Shown here one piece after another: positions 1-15,149 of a stretch of 64,000 nt of DNA. Source of the DNA: the human T2T-CHM13v2.0 reference genome, Homo sapiens; the NCBI RefSeq assembly GCF_009914755.1, contig NC_060926.1. One strand, given 5' to 3'. The first letter of the stretch is position 1, and every line of letters begins with the position of its first letter. Both the position numbers and the translations under genes were made by a program. The notes under the pieces are model-generated. The model made no database searches. It was not told where the DNA came from and saw nothing but the letters and a program-made list of their open reading frames with translations.

Positions 1-436
1 CATTTATGCATGATGCCTCTTTGTGCCTGAAAAGGCAAATTCTCCTTTCAAGAGTTGTGACTACCTCCTTTGGTTTCCAAACCCCCTTCCCTTGAGTCAA
101 CAACATGGTCTCCGCCAGAGCAAATGGCAGAATCAGGTCAGATTAGCATGCTTGCCAAAGATTTAGGTAAGAGGCATTATACAAATGTCTAAATTATTGC
201 AGCTCAGGACTCTAAGATTTCTAAAAAATACTTTCACACAATTCATTATCACTGGTATTTGTGACTATTTGATAAGCTCCAGAGCCTTTTTCTGCCATGG
301 AAAATAAATCACTTCTAACAGCTAGGTTTTCTTTTTTTCTTTTTTTCATTTTTAAACTTGAACTTTTCCCCAAAACGCCACATGTCATCACCATACTTTT
401 CTCTGTTGAATATTGTTTTTCTTTCTTCTGCCTTAG

Positions 437-676
<240 letters not shown>

Positions 677-1529
677 TAGTATGGCAGCTAGATTCATATC
701 GAGAAAATATGCCCCAGAAGGGCTTTGATGGGAAACAGGTGGTTGTGTATTTTAGGTATAATAGAAAGGTGTAAAAATGTGCATATAAAGTAAGTCATTT
801 ATCAGATGTAACAGGTCTATAATTTCTAGTTTTTTCCCCCAGAAATTCCAAGAGCTCTGAACTTGTTCATAAACATCTTTATATACTTTTTTGGTTGATA
901 TGCTAGCAGTGTCCATACCTTAGAAAGTGTCTAATCACATGTGTACAATGTTTAATGTGGAGATCATTGTAATGCAGTCAGCTCTCTGTATTCTCTTCCA
1001 TAATCTGCATATAAATAATGCAGACCTGAGACTTAACTAATTTAACATTTGATTTATTAAACAAGCTGCTTGCTCATGTTATTAAATAAATGGGAGTCTT
1101 GTTTTTTGAAATCTTTTATTATTTTTTATAAGTTTTTTAAAATATCAAGAATATTTTCACTTACACATGGAGTCTAGGTGTATGATAGCTTTAATAATAA
1201 TATTCCTAACATTATACATATAAACATAAAAATACCTAAAACATTATTTTCTCTTATATGAAGAATAATTATTAAATGCTCATAAAATAATTTTAGAAAA
1301 AGCTAAGAAGAAAAAGTTAATAGTACTGAAAGTTTAGAAAAACATCAGCAAATCACACATTTTGTCATATCAGGATATTCTCTAAGGCCAAATTGTGTTT
1401 GTGTAATAAAATAATATACAAAATTTAAAAAACTATTTAAAAAGCTAATATAAAGTACTAGTTTTAATAAAGAGTTCAGCTTAATAATTGAAAAATGAAA
1501 GCTTTATCAAGTTAATCAAGAGTTAATGG

Positions 1530-1740
1530 TAGTGGGGCTCATTGTAGTTAAAAGCTTCAGCTCTGGAGTTTCGAATTGCTTGGGTTTCAATCCTAGATTT
1601 GCTATTTCCTGGCTATGTAAGTACATACATAATTTAGTGCTTGGTATTCATAGATGACAGATATTGCTGTCTGTTTTATCCCTTAATGTGTCCTTGGTTT
1701 CCACATGTAGTAGATGCTTGATAAATATTGAGTGAATGAA
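1530..1740 (+). mobile_element. MIR fragment followed by an L2 3' end
   Basis: MIR-like 'ctctggag...tgggtttcaatcctag'; L2 terminus 'tagatgcttgataaatattgagtgaatgaa'. Confidence 0.55.
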
Positions 1741-4671
1741 AATGTCACATCTGAGACTTACTTCATCTCAGAGAGTAAACTTGAGTAGTAAAGTTATATA
1801 CTCTATCTTACTTTATTCTATTATCAGCTACTGGCAAGGAGTAGCTATACCTTTTATGCTCTCCTTTATATAAGCTCGTAGATGTTAAATAAATTTAAAT
1901 TGGCCAATTACTGGAGACTAAATATAATGAACTTATTTTCAACATTTGTGTCTGCTTAAGTGACAGTGTTCCATAAATATTTAATGGGCTTTACTTATGT
2001 ACCTAGTTATAACACCCTTATCTGCCACTTCCTGCCCTGAGAGAATTGGCCCCATCTGGTTTAGGATAGTTCTTACTCTAGAGCCCTAGGACTCCATGGA
2101 ACCCGTTTATTGGAGAGAGTTGAAAGGATGGACTGCGAACGCCTGAGTCATCCCTTCTGTGCATCTGCATATCAGATCTCCCTTAAGACTTTTTAAACAA
2201 AGATACCTCAACTAATAGAAGAGTCTGGAAAAAACTGCTGTAGCATAACATACCTGTGCAGATAGCAAAAGTTAAAAAAGAAATGACTATGGTTCTAAAA
2301 GAGTTAGTAGATGACAGCAGATAGGCGTTATATATTTTGGCTCATCGAGTTGGCACACTTTACTATTTGCATTCCCCTTTACTGCAGGTATTTTCATTTT
2401 AATTCTCACACTCTGGGTAGATTGGCGTTATTCCATCAGAAGAAAGTATGAAACTCTCATTTGTTGCCCGCCATCAGAAGTGCCATGTTAATGTAGATCA
2501 CCAGGGAATTGATCAAGAATAAGAACTGGGTCAAAAAGCAATTTCTCTGAGGACGTTTAAACAAGATCCATTTTTAGTTTCCCTAATATTTACATGCTTT
2601 CCATGGGGAATGAGCAGGCACTTGACTCTCGGCTACTGAGCATCTCTGCGGTACCCATGAAGATTAAAGAGCATTGTTTCTTATAAAGACAGAAGACTAA
2701 TGTACAGTTTATCTTTATTAAATTGAAAAAAATTGCAACTGTTTGATCTTCAAATCTGTGTTTCACTGTGTCAGAGCATATTTTGTGTGCTCATGTTTTT
2801 GCTGTATTCTCTGGTGGAACAGCACTTGCCCTCCAGTACAATAAAAAGTATCCATAACCTAGAAAAAGGTCTCAGCACTGTTGATACATTCAGGCAAATC
2901 AATTAGTTAGATTTGCCAGGAATACCAAAATGGTTGCTTGAACATTATATTGATATCTCAAAAATTGAAGAAGCTACTTAAGAAAAGTCAAAATATATAG
3001 TTGTTGGGATTTTTCCCGCATTACCCAGATGTACAAGATATGTAAACAGTTTTGATGAGGACCTTGTGAAGAATACATAATGAGCCCTTGATTGAATCAA
3101 AATCATTTTAAACAGAAACATATTTTTCAAAGGATGAGCTTGAGGTTCAATTGTAATTCTATTTGAGCCTAGAGACTTGGTATTAAAAAATGGGTTATGA
3201 CCTGACTTTGTTTTTCCTTTCCCCAAAACATTTCCCTCCCTGCTGCCAGCTCATCGTGGCAAAAGCAGAATACGTTTAAAAATCCATTATATTTTTTATT
3301 GGCTGGGACACTAATGGAGGGCTCTGCGACGGCTCTATTTTACAGGCTGAATACTTTAATTAGGCTGGTTACTGATCAGTTGTTGGGATATCGATTGTGT
3401 CATTTATCAAAGAGCTGGGGAAGCAGAAAAAAATTTTTTGTTCTTGTTGTTATTGTTAAATCAAAGCACAAGGCTGAGCAAAGCAAGCCCTAGCTCTCTT
3501 TCCTGCTGCAGCTCCAGCTTTAATTTAGGACTAGCTTACCTCCTATACCAGGCTCAGTTTGACTAGCCGTTCAGAAGAAAGGGTAATACTCTGGGTGTGG
3601 GAAAAGTGTTACAAGCCTTGACAAAAAGCTAAAGGACCTTCAGCAGCTGAAAACATTTTAATTATTAAGAATGCATAAATGGAATGTTTTAGATATTTTG
3701 TGTGACTAGCTCAACACTGAATTTTTATAACCAAAGAGGAAAATATAAATCCAATGCTTTGTTTTAGCCAAATGCTATACTCAGAAGAGCTCTGGGAATC
3801 AGATGGGTGCTGCTGTTTGTGGTACATTCTTCTCACAAATGGTCAAGGGAACAGCCATGAGATGGCTTCCAAATCATTTACCTCCTTAAAATCTGTTATT
3901 GAGACAAATAATACGAACAAGAGCATACCCTAATTCTCTTTGCTCCAACCTTTTTGAAAAAAAAAATAGTTAAGAGTTCTCTATAATCAGCCTCCTCCAA
4001 TAATTCCTTCTTCAGCACCTGTGGAAGATGGATCGTAGGGGTGTTACTCTGGATACAGCAGTTTTCAGAAAACTGTGAATGTGTTTACAGACTGTAAAAA
4101 TCAAAATAGGAAGGGGAAATATAGTGGGGGAAACCCTCAGGAGAACTGCTGTCTGGCGTCACAGCGGTTTGATTTAGCTCCTGGCCAAAGACCTAGTATC
4201 TGCACAGAGACACACTGGTGGTATTTCAGAGGCGAACCTGCTTGAATTCTGACTTGTCCTAGAGCATATGCACTTAGGCGCAGAGAGAGAGAGGAACCAG
4301 CTGGTTGGCAGAGAAACACCCTTGGCATGAACTGTATTCTTGTGTTGACACTGCCACAAGCTGTATTCCCCAGATGGAAGAAAATTTGAAAGAAGCCAGT
4401 TATAAGTGGGAAAAGAGAATAATAAAGTTAATCCTCTTTTGTGTTGGCTATCAGCACTCCTAATCCTTAGCACTACAGTGTCAGTACTTTTTATTTTAGA
4501 CTCAAAGATGTTTTCACTGATAGGGCCATTTTGAGTTTCCACAGTTGAGGACTTAAGTGTAATAGACTCTTGAAAGACTATTCATACAGCGATCATTCTT
4601 TCACTTTGCTTCAACTGACCAAGTTGGAACATATTAAAAATGCAAATGTAATTTTTACTTTTATCTCTTAG

Positions 4672-4804
4672 GATCCTGCAGAGTGTGGGGCATTTTCCAA
4701 GCCATGCTTTGAGAACTGTCAAAATGCTGTAACCACCTCTAGGCGAAATGATAATAGTATCCTGCATCCACTTGGCACTTGCAGTCCACAAGACAAACAG
4801 AAAG
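4672..4804 (+). CDS. PARD3B: PARD3B coding exon, 133 bp, phase 0-1
   Basis: ttttatctcttag| acceptor; DPAECGAFSKPCFENCQNAVTTSRRNDNSILHPLGTCSPQDKQK+G; strong donor AAG|gtaaga; in frame with both neighbours. Confidence 0.95.
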
Positions 4805-5964
4805 GTAAGAGTCTATTCATTTTATCCACTGCAAATGGAGTGAGAAAACACAAAAGTGTCTTTTTATCTAAAAAAAAAAAAAAAGAGTAAAGGGGAGTTA
4901 ATTAGACTAAGTGCAGACTTTGTTACTCGGAGTCACAAACACTGAGAGAGTTGGGGGAGAGCTGACTCAGAACTTGTGAATCAGATTCCTGGCAATGTCT
5001 CTAGTTTAAGTGACACTTTCTGTGCTTGCTGCCCCAAACATGGAGGGTTATATATAAAACAAACGATCACTGGAGAATCAAAGATGGCAAACTGTTATTT
5101 TTAAGCTCTTCTAATACTGGAAGTTACCAAGTATAAATAAATAACTACCAAAATTTAAAAATGTATGGATTTATAATCCATAAAATGGTCATAGCGTGAT
5201 TCACAGATGATCCTCGATTCTAATATGAGTATGATAAATGGGTGAATATCCTAACCTGAAACCATCTCGTGATGGTTGGAATGTTCTTGTTATTGTCTTG
5301 CTACACTGTTTTGCCTTATTATCTAATGTGGATCCCATTTCTAGCTGACTCCAGATGTAAAAAAATCTGGGTTTTCCTCTTTGTCTTTTAAAAAATATAC
5401 TTCAGGTCACCAAGAAAATTGTTTTATCTCCCTGTATCTCTTTTCTTTAATAAAATGAATTTTTTATTACAAAAACAATACATATTCATTGCAGAAAATT
5501 TAGAGAAAAGAAATAAAAAGAAAATTTAATTTTACTTATACTTCTATCAAAGATCCTAATCAGTAACATTTTATGTATATCTTTCAGGACTTTTTAATGA
5601 AAATATTTTATACAAAAAATGAAATAATGAAATGTATGTAATGTTTAGGAAATTTCTTTTTAAAATTAATAGCACATTATATGCCTCTTAGTCATTGAAT
5701 ATTCTTCTACAATATCACATTCAGTAGTTGCATAGTGTCTTTTGAAGGTAAGTACCATATATTATGTAATCAGTCCCTATATTTTGAACACTTAAGTGTT
5801 ATCATAATTTAACTATGTGGAAAGAAGTTCCAAGCTGTGAAATTACTCCATCATAACATACTTGTAAATCTGAGGTGGCTCTAGAATTAAATTATCTCAT
5901 TAGAATGGGATGTTGTTTTTTCCACAGAATTCCTCCATTTTAGCAAGAGTAGTAGCAACAGCTG

Positions 5965-6175
5965 CTATCATTTATTAAGTGTTTACTGTCTGTTAGATAC
6001 TGTGTTGAGCAATTTGCCTGCAGACTCAAAGTGGATAATGTTATCTTCATTTTACAAATGAAGGTCTAGAAAGTCAGTAAATAATTTACTCACAAATGCA
6101 TATTTGATACATGCACAGTCTGGATTCAATTCCTGTCTCCCTGTCCTCAGTTTGTCTTCCAAACCACAGCATGGG
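5965..6175 (-). mobile_element. MIR
   Basis: 'tttattaagtgtttactg...ttatcttcattttacaaatgaagg' core. Confidence 0.6.
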
Positions 6176-6250
6176 TCTGACTTATATTGGTCTATTGAAA
6201 CTATTGGAGTCCTTTCACCTACTGAGAATGCCCATTAGAAGCTGACTTTA

Positions 6251-6368
6251 GACCGGGCACAGTGGCTCACGCCTGTAATCCCAGCACTTTGGGAGGCCGA
6301 GGCAGGCAGATCACCTAAGGTCGGAAGTTCGAGACCAGCCAGCCCAACATGGCAAAATCCCATCTGTA

Positions 6369-6405
<37 letters not shown>

Positions 6406-6467
6406 AGTCTGATGTGATAGCACATGCCTGTAATCCCAGCTACTATGGGGGGGGGAAAAAAAAAAGA
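6251..6467 (+). mobile_element. AluS (Sp/Sq-like) lacking most of its right arm
   Basis: Complete left monomer, middle A-run of ~32, right arm ends after cccagctact; 14-bp TSD agaagctgacttta at 6237-6250 and 6468-6481. Confidence 0.9.
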
Positions 6468-6540
6468 AGAAGCTGACTTTACTTAGTATACAGATAAAAA
6501 AAAAATACTCAGTATGTCTTTTCTCATCTTAAAGAAATTA

Positions 6541-6685
6541 TGGTGGCAGGCACCTGTAGTCCCAGCTACTCGGGAGGCTGAGGCAGGAGAATGGTGTAAA
6601 CCCAGGAGGCGGAGCTTGCAGTGAGCCAAGATCGTGCCACTGTACTCTGGGCGACAGAGCAAGGAGACTCTGTTTCAAAGAAAAA
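6541..6685 (+). mobile_element. 5'-truncated AluY-like right monomer
   Basis: 'ggagaatggtgtaaacccaggaggcggagcttgcagtgag'; TSD aaagaaatta at 6531-6540 and 6686-6695. Confidence 0.88.
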
Positions 6686-6989
6686 AAAGAAATTAAAAAT
6701 TTTCTTGACAGAACAAGATTGCCTTCTGAAATCTTAAATTGCAGTAGCAAAAGAGCCTGGGAAAGGAATGGCAAGTTTTCTGCAAAATAAAACAGTCTTC
6801 TTTCTACCTTATGATCACGAATGTGGACATTTGTATTAAAATATCTAGATTTCATGTAACTTGATTGGCATTTAATTCTCTAGCAACGTGTGGCCCAGTG
6901 TCTGTCTAAGTCTAGAGTTTAATTCCTAGTTACACCAGTGACATCTAAATGAACACTAAGTACCTTTTGTTTTTAATGTCTATAAAATA

Positions 6990-7958
6990 CAGTTATGTGC
7001 CACATAATGACATTTTGGTCAACAACAGACCACATATATCATGGTGGTCCCATAAGATTTTAATGGAGCTGAAAAATTCCTAATGCTATACTATAATTTT
7101 TATCATCATTTTAGAGTACACTTCTACTTATTTTTTAAAAAAGGTAACTGTAAACAGCCTCAGGCAGTTCCTTTAGGAGGTATCCAGAAGAAGGCATTGT
7201 TACCATAGGAAATGACAGCTCTGTGCCTGTTACTGCCCCTGAAGACCTTCCAGTGGGATAAGATATGAAGGGGGAAGACAGTAATATTGATGATCCTGAC
7301 CCTATCTAGGCCTAGGCTAATGTGTGTTTGTGTCTCAGGTTTTACCAAAAAAGTTTAAAAGGTTAAAAGAAAAAGTATAATAGAAAAAGCTTATAGAATA
7401 AAGATATAAAGAAAAAATATGTTTCTACAGCTGTACAATGTGTTTGTGTTTTAAGCTGTTATTAAAAAGATTCAAAAAGTTAAATTAAAATTTATAAAGT
7501 AACAAAGTTACTGAGATTGAAGAAAGAAAATATTTTTTAGAAATGTAGTGTAGCCTAAGTGCCTTGTGTCTGTAATGTCTATAGTAGTGTACAGTAGTGT
7601 TTAGGCCTTCAGATTTACTCATCCTCACTCACTGACTCACCCAGAGCAACTGCCAGTCCTGCAAGCTCCATTCATGGTAAGTGTCCTATGCAGGTGTACC
7701 AATTTTTATCTTTTATACTGGATTTTCACTGTAGCTTTTCTGTTTACATACACAAATACCATTGTGTTGTAATTGCCTGTAGTATTCAGTAAATGCTATA
7801 CAGGATTGTAGCCTAGGAGCAATAGGCTATACCACAGAGCTTACCAGAGTAAGCTAATCCTTCTAGGTTTGAGTAAGTACACTATGATGTTGATGCAAGG
7901 ACAAAATTGCCTAACGAAGCTTTTCTCAGAATATATCCTCCTTAAGTGACACAAGATG
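6990..7958 (+). mobile_element. Tigger3-family DNA transposon (Tigger3b-like)
   Basis: Left end cagttatgtgccacataatgacattttggtcaac, right end ...ttaagtgacacaagatg; flanking TA dinucleotides. Confidence 0.85.
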
Positions 7959-9666
7959 TATTTTCTGAAGACATTGAGATACTTAAGTAAATGGAATAAT
8001 ATCTCTGCAAAGAATAGCAAAGGCTAAACTAATGAAACCATAGAAGTAGTTAATGTGTAAGGATACATCCAGAAAACAAAAAATAAGAAAATCCACTCCA
8101 AGTGCATGCTAAAAATACAATACAATAATCATTTGGTTTGGAATTTCAATAGAATGTTCAGACTTTGTATATCTTCTGTACAAATAGAGTCCTTTGGGCA
8201 CAAGTGGCCTCAGACAACCACTGGGAGATTTTGTCTCTTCTTTTCTTCCCAGGACGTAGATTTAGTTAGAACAATTTTTACATCAGTGAAAAAAATATAT
8301 AAATTAACTATCTACAAGTTTCCTGTTTCTCTTTCTTCCAAAGTGACTCCATTAAACATTATTTTTTCAAAAGTAGAGAAAATCTATTATTATATTTTCT
8401 TTGTGGATCTGTGCTACCATACTAGATTATAAAATTTAGGCCTATCAAAACACAGACTTATTACATTTTCATTGTTAGAGGCCAGTAGATGAAATTTTCT
8501 TACTTTTTATGTAAGTCTATTGATTTAGAGACCAAAAAATTATAGCAGAATATATAAACATGATGCTATAAAAGAGTATCATGGCCATCACGTCTTTGTA
8601 ATATTAATGGCATTTTATATTTAGGGAACTATTGGGAGTTCCTGAGTTTCAGATCCATGTCAGGTGGTAACAGGCCACTAAGGCTTATAAAACCTGAATG
8701 TTGATTGCCACTACCAGTTTTTTTAAGGATCTTCTTTAGAAAAACAAGATTAACTTGACAAAATGTAATGTCTAGTGAGGAGAGGAGCTGTTACAGCCAA
8801 AACATTGGCTTTTTTTTTTTTCTTTCCTTTTTCCTTTCCTTTGTATATTTAAGAATCCAATGTTGATATTCTGTGTTCCATTTATTTTTGTAATAATAGT
8901 ACATACCACCCACAGTTCTTGGTTTTTATTTTTTTTATTCCTGTCAAGCTGTTACACAGAAAAAAGGCATTTTTAGAACTAATGTTTATAGAAATCGTAA
9001 TACCAGAAAATTCACATTTGTACTGAAGAATTGCTAGCAATGCCGGTAGTGAAATAAGTGTGGTGCTTCAAGATGGTAATAGGGATGGAGGCTGTGTCCC
9101 AGGGGCTTCCTATAAAATCCTGTTAAGCATTTGAATGGTAATGAAATGCACCAACACTGTATTTTCTGAGGAATCTTGCTGGCAGATCTTACCCTGGGCC
9201 GAGGAATAGCCTCATGCAGTTTGCCTCTGGTTAGCATTACCTCTCATTTCACTGCACTTGTCTCCCCTATATAGCTCTTTTCCTGCTTCTCCTTTTTCAG
9301 CTCAAGTGCACTCCTGTCTTAGGCACCCACTGCCCCCAAATCTGCCCAGCATCACCCACTGGGTTAGGCCTTTCATCTCCATCTCAAATCAAATGTGGTG
9401 GTTCTGTGACCTGTCTCTCTGGATCCATATTCCCTGGGGTCCTCTGAGACACATCATAGTAGAATTATTTCTAATGTGTATCTTTCTGGGGACCAGCATG
9501 TATCTACCCCTCTATAGCATGTAAAGCACTACGTCTGGAATGACTATCCAAGATTGAATTATACGTTTCAATTTGGCTAATGTTTATTGGATACCTCCAT
9601 TGTGCAGAATACACTATCAGGAGTGGTGAATGCAGTAGTATTATTGTCCTTAAGAATAGTCTGAAG

Positions 9667-9880
9667 CAGGAATCAAAAAACTTTGTCCTTAAAGTGCAAG
9701 ATAGTAAATATTTCAGGTTTTGGACTGTAGGTCTCTGTCATCACTCAATTCTGCCATCGTAGAGCAGAAGCACTCATGGACAATACATAAACAAATAGGC
9801 ATGGCTATTCAGTAAAACTTTATTTGCAAAGGCAGGTGGCAAGCTGGTTTTGGACCAGGGCCATAGCTTGCTGACCTGTT
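9667..9880 (+). mobile_element. MER58A-like hAT-Charlie element
   Basis: 'agatagtaaatatttcagg...aaaactttatttgcaaaggcaggtggc...catagcttgctgacc'. Confidence 0.8.
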
Positions 9881-10234
9881 GTCTAAAGTTACAATCTCTT
9901 TTACTCATTCTTTTCTGATGTGGCCTTGGTAGGATAGATCCCACAACACAAATAACAACAAAAGATGATAATTAAAAAGAAGAGCCATTTGGCCATCAAT
10001 GAAGTAATGACTACAGGGAGTGCTGTGTCAACATTTACAGGCATAGATATATACGAAATGACCATCAAGAAGACTGTACCTCGTACACTCAATGAAATCC
10101 AGAAATATTATTATAGGAGATAAGAGTTCCAGACTTTTACACTGAAACAAGGGCTTAACAAAGGTGTCTGGGCCCAGAAGAAAATAAAAATTCCTTACAG
10201 CATCTGAATATGTTGTTTAAAAAATGTAACAAGG

Positions 10235-10683
<449 letters not shown>

Positions 10684-10939
10684 TTAAATTTAATGATTGT
10701 AATAAAACTAGCTAGAGAAGAGACTGTAGAAGACATGGAAAAACGAGAAAGAGGAACACGAGGAGAAAGTTATCTACAGTCTAGTAAAAGAAATAGACAT
10801 AGATAAATAGATAATAGCTTGATAGAACAATAAATACATACATAGTTCATTGCAAAAGTGGCATTTGATAAATGCTATCCAAGAATTACTTTACATAATA
10901 TTAAGTAATAGATAAACCTAAAGTGTCACTGGATAGATA

Positions 10940-11275
10940 AAGACAGTGAAAGTCTATTTCCTGGTCCTGTCACTGCACAATGAGGTTTGGCAGCTGTGCT
11001 CCATGCAGTGATTACAGGACCTAGGCTCCTTCCACTGGTGGCTGGGCACCTCGTCACCTGGCTTTCAGGTGATGTAGATGGGGAAAGGAAGAGAGAGTGA
11101 GGAAGCTGCACCCTCTCATAACCACTGAGACTGGGAATGACATTTATCATAGCAGCCCACATTCCATTTGCAAGAACTAGTCTAGGGACAAAGAGGCCCT
11201 AGCAATGGTGTCCAGCCGTATGCCCAGGAAGAGAGGAAGAGCACGGATAGAGTGGGCACTGGTCTTCTTGGCCAC
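10940..11275. mobile_element. MLT1 (J/K-like) MaLR LTR fragment
   Basis: 'ggacctaggctccttcca...cacattccatttgcaagaactagtc...tgcccaggaagagagg'. Confidence 0.55.
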
Positions 11276-11299
11276 TGTTATAAAAGTGACAGATCCTTG

Positions 11300-11640
11300 G
11301 CAACAGCGAAGGCTTCATAGTAAAAGTGATATTTGGGTGGACCTTGGGAGAAGGGTAGGATTTTGACAGGTAGAGTAGGTTTTGCAGTTACATAAGCAAA
11401 GATACTGAGGCAGGAACACCCAGGGGTGTTGGCAGGGAATGGTAAGCTAACGGGTAATGGGAGATAAAGTTGTTTGCCAGGATCATAGACCTTTATTCCG
11501 TAGGCAATGTGTGCAGCTGAAGTGATTTTGAGCAACAAGTTACATGATCACAAATACGTTCACCATCACTGTGGAAGATGGACTGAGAGGTTGAGGATAG
11601 AAGATGAGAGCCAACAGAAAGGAAGTTGTCCCAGGATGTC
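11300..11640 (-). mobile_element. L2 fragment
   Basis: Purine-rich L2 antisense pattern 'ctttattccgtaggcaatg...gattttgagca'. Confidence 0.5.
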
Positions 11641-11916
11641 CATTGTCCCCAATTTACATTACAGTCCTTCTGTTCTGTTTCTCTTAGCAAGTCTTGAATG
11701 CCTGACTGCTGCCACCACTAACAAATCAATGGGCCCCTAGGGTTGGAGGTGGTGCAGGGGCACAGTGCAGGCGCTGCCTTTGTGCTTCTTTCCCCCTGGT
11801 CACCTACTTAGCAGGTCTGCTTCAAGCTTCATCCCCAGGGGCATGTCAGCTGTGCTACAACTACCTCCACATCAGTCTAGTGCCTGGGGCAGAGCTTGGA
11901 GCAAGTCCTTGCCTTG

Positions 11917-11953
11917 TGTATTTCTCAGGGTTCTGCAGAGAAACAGAACCAAG

Positions 11954-12002
<49 letters not shown>

Positions 12003-12462
12003 CAGATTTATGATAAGGAATTGGCTCACATGGCCATGGAGACAGGCACATCCCAGGATCTGCAGGATGAGTCAGCAAGCTGGGGTTGCAGAAGAGTTGA
12101 TGGTGCAGATTGAGTCTGAAGGCCGGAGAACCAGAAAAGCTGGTGGCGTGGTTTCAGTCTGAAGACAAACGGGCTTGAGACTCAGGAAGAACTGATGTTT
12201 CCGTTTGGGTCTGAAGATAGAAAAAAGCCAATGTCCCATGTCAAAGTCACTCAGTCGGGGAATTCTCTCTTATTCAGGAGAGAGGCAATCTTTTTTGTTC
12301 TATTCATGCCTTCACGTGATTAGACAAGGCCCACCCCATTAGAGGGGACAGTCTACTTATTTAAATGTGAATCTTGTTTAAAAACACCCTCACAGAAACT
12401 CCCAGAATAATATCTAGGTACCCTGTGGCCCAGTGAGATTGACATATAAAATTAACCATCAT
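11917..12462. mobile_element. MLT2 (ERVL) solo LTR containing (TG)n at ~11955-12000
   Basis: 'cagggttctgcagagaaacagaacc...aggaattggctcaca...aaacaccctcacagaaac...ttgacatataaaattaaccatca'. Confidence 0.85.
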
Positions 12463-12686
12463 ATCCAGCACGTGGACAAGCCAAAGCAGGTTTTATCACC
12501 AACAGCAGTTCTCAAGGGTAGAGATATTTGTCCCTTATTCTGTCATTCAGGGACAAATCAGGTACATATCTTATCAAATATGTCACTGTAATAGATACAA
12601 GTAGAACTTACAATCTATGGAATAATAATCCTCTGTTTACTTAACAGTATGCATTTACAAATCACTGCTTAAATATAATTTAGTTT

Positions 12687-13190
<504 letters not shown>

Positions 13191-13476
13191 TATAATGCTT
13201 TTCATACACTAGGGAATATGGTTAGTAATTATGAGCATTCAATGAAATAATATACAAGGCTTAATATAATGTCTGCTGTATAATAAGATCTCAACAACCT
13301 TACTTGTTAGTTGTGGTGATATTAGAGATACATGTCTATTCTTATAGTACAGAACAAACTGGAAAAGTATACATTTTTAGTAGATGGGAAAACCAGGATT
13401 TAGACCCCTGTCTTTTCCTTATAAGGCCTTAAACTCAGATGTCTCCATTATGGCACAGATAGAAAAAAAGAGCGCA

Positions 13477-13508
13477 CGTTTGTGTGTTTGTGTGTGTGTG
13501 TGTGTGTG
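13477..13508. repeat. (TG)n microsatellite
   Basis: Direct reading. Confidence 0.9.
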
Positions 13509-13989
13509 TTTATCTCCACTATGTCTAAATGGTGGACAGATATACTATATCGTGATTTTTTAAAAGAAGTTTTTGCTACTGAAGCAAATGCTTTAATCAC
13601 CATATAATCCAGAGTATTCACTATAGAGACTTGTTTACAAAAATATTAAGGCATAAAACAGATGACTTTGTTAATCTTCCACAAATCACAGGTAATGAGT
13701 ATGTGTCAGCCTTTTGTTGGTGGGAAAAGGTAGTCAAGATCTGTGGAGTGGGTTTGCTAGGGGTTGCCTGCAGGTCACCAGTGTAAAAACATATTAGCAG
13801 GCTTAGATTTCCTCATACAAGCAGTATTCATTCTCATAAGGATCCTTCAGTTCTGTATGAGAACTTATTTATTTCAGGGCTGGTTTATGTGTTGGCTAAA
13901 ACTGCGTCTGAGAGAGATACTGAAACCAAACCAGGCATCGAATGGTTCTGCTTCCACTTTATACAGCTTCATTTGTTCTTTGTTTATAG

Positions 13990-14089
13990 GTCTATTGCTG
14001 CCCAATGACGGATGGGCCGAGAGTGAAGTTCCACCTTCTCCAACACCACATTCTGCTCTGGGATTGGGCCTCGAAGATTACAGCCACAG
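13990..14089 (+). CDS. PARD3B: PARD3B coding exon, 100 bp, phase 1-2
   Basis: tttgttctttgtttatag| acceptor; (G)LLLPNDGWAESEVPPSPTPHSALGLGLEDYSH(S); donor CAG|gtattg; frame continuity. Confidence 0.95.
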
Positions 14090-15149
14090 GTATTGATAAA
14101 ATGATGTATCGTAAATGCTCCTTGTTATTGTTTTTCTGGGAGAACACAGCAACCTTATTCAGCAAACTTATTTTAACTCTATTTCTTTCTGGAATGGAAA
14201 TCTTATAGTATCTATAATTCCTTTCCAGCGAAAGCTTCAGTGAAAGTTTCTCATAGCTAATAGCTTAGATTGGGCATATTTTGCTTCCTGGTATTTGTTA
14301 AGATTCACCTTAAATTATTAAAATATTTAAGAAAATGGTTGAACTTTCATTTACAAATTTAAAAACTAGAGCCATGGAGCTCAAAGAAAAGTGACATGGG
14401 AAGGTATAAAACAAAACTGAGAAAATAGGAAGCTTATGGGTTTTTATTAGTAATTGGCAAACCCTAGAGGTATTTTAAAAATAGATGTTCCAAGAAAGTT
14501 AATGGAATCTAAAAATTAAAGCAACACCATATATAATCTAAAATATTGAAGAGGGTACCCAATATTATATCCATTCTGTAATAGAAACTAAAAAAATCAA
14601 TAATTTTTAGAATCACACAAGAATGAGAGAGATTTACTAAGCATACATACTATTTGACAAGGGGAATTCATAGATTTTGTTCTTCTGATGAGTTTTAAAA
14701 ATCATTAAATTGTCCCTTTGCTATTTTCTATATTTACTATGGCTGTTAGAAACTGTGTATTTTATTCCATTCTGTGTCCCATGATAATCCTGTGAAATTT
14801 CTTCATTTTTCTTGCAGCAATGCTAGTGTCATTCCTATTATGTTTTTTAATACAGTCTGCTAAAAATAAAGCAGCATGCCTTAGAGTATAGCTAACTGTA
14901 TTAGGTGGAAGCTCACCTATATTTAGCTATCTCTGATTCTTATACTTTTGAAGTCAGTTATCTTGCTAACTACAGTTTCGTGAACTAGATTGATAATCAT
15001 AATAATATTCTAGATCAATGTCTCTAGGGGTTTCATAAAAGAAAATGTGGACCTATTTAATTTTGTCCATTCATTTCCATTGCCTGCCTCGATTCTGAAT
15101 TGAAAATGACAATTTGGTGGCATAAAAAAAGCCATTTAAAACATAATTT

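Noticed and set aside
13764-14096. 110-aa ORF as a stand-alone gene
   Set aside because: It is the PARD3B exon frame extended into intron.
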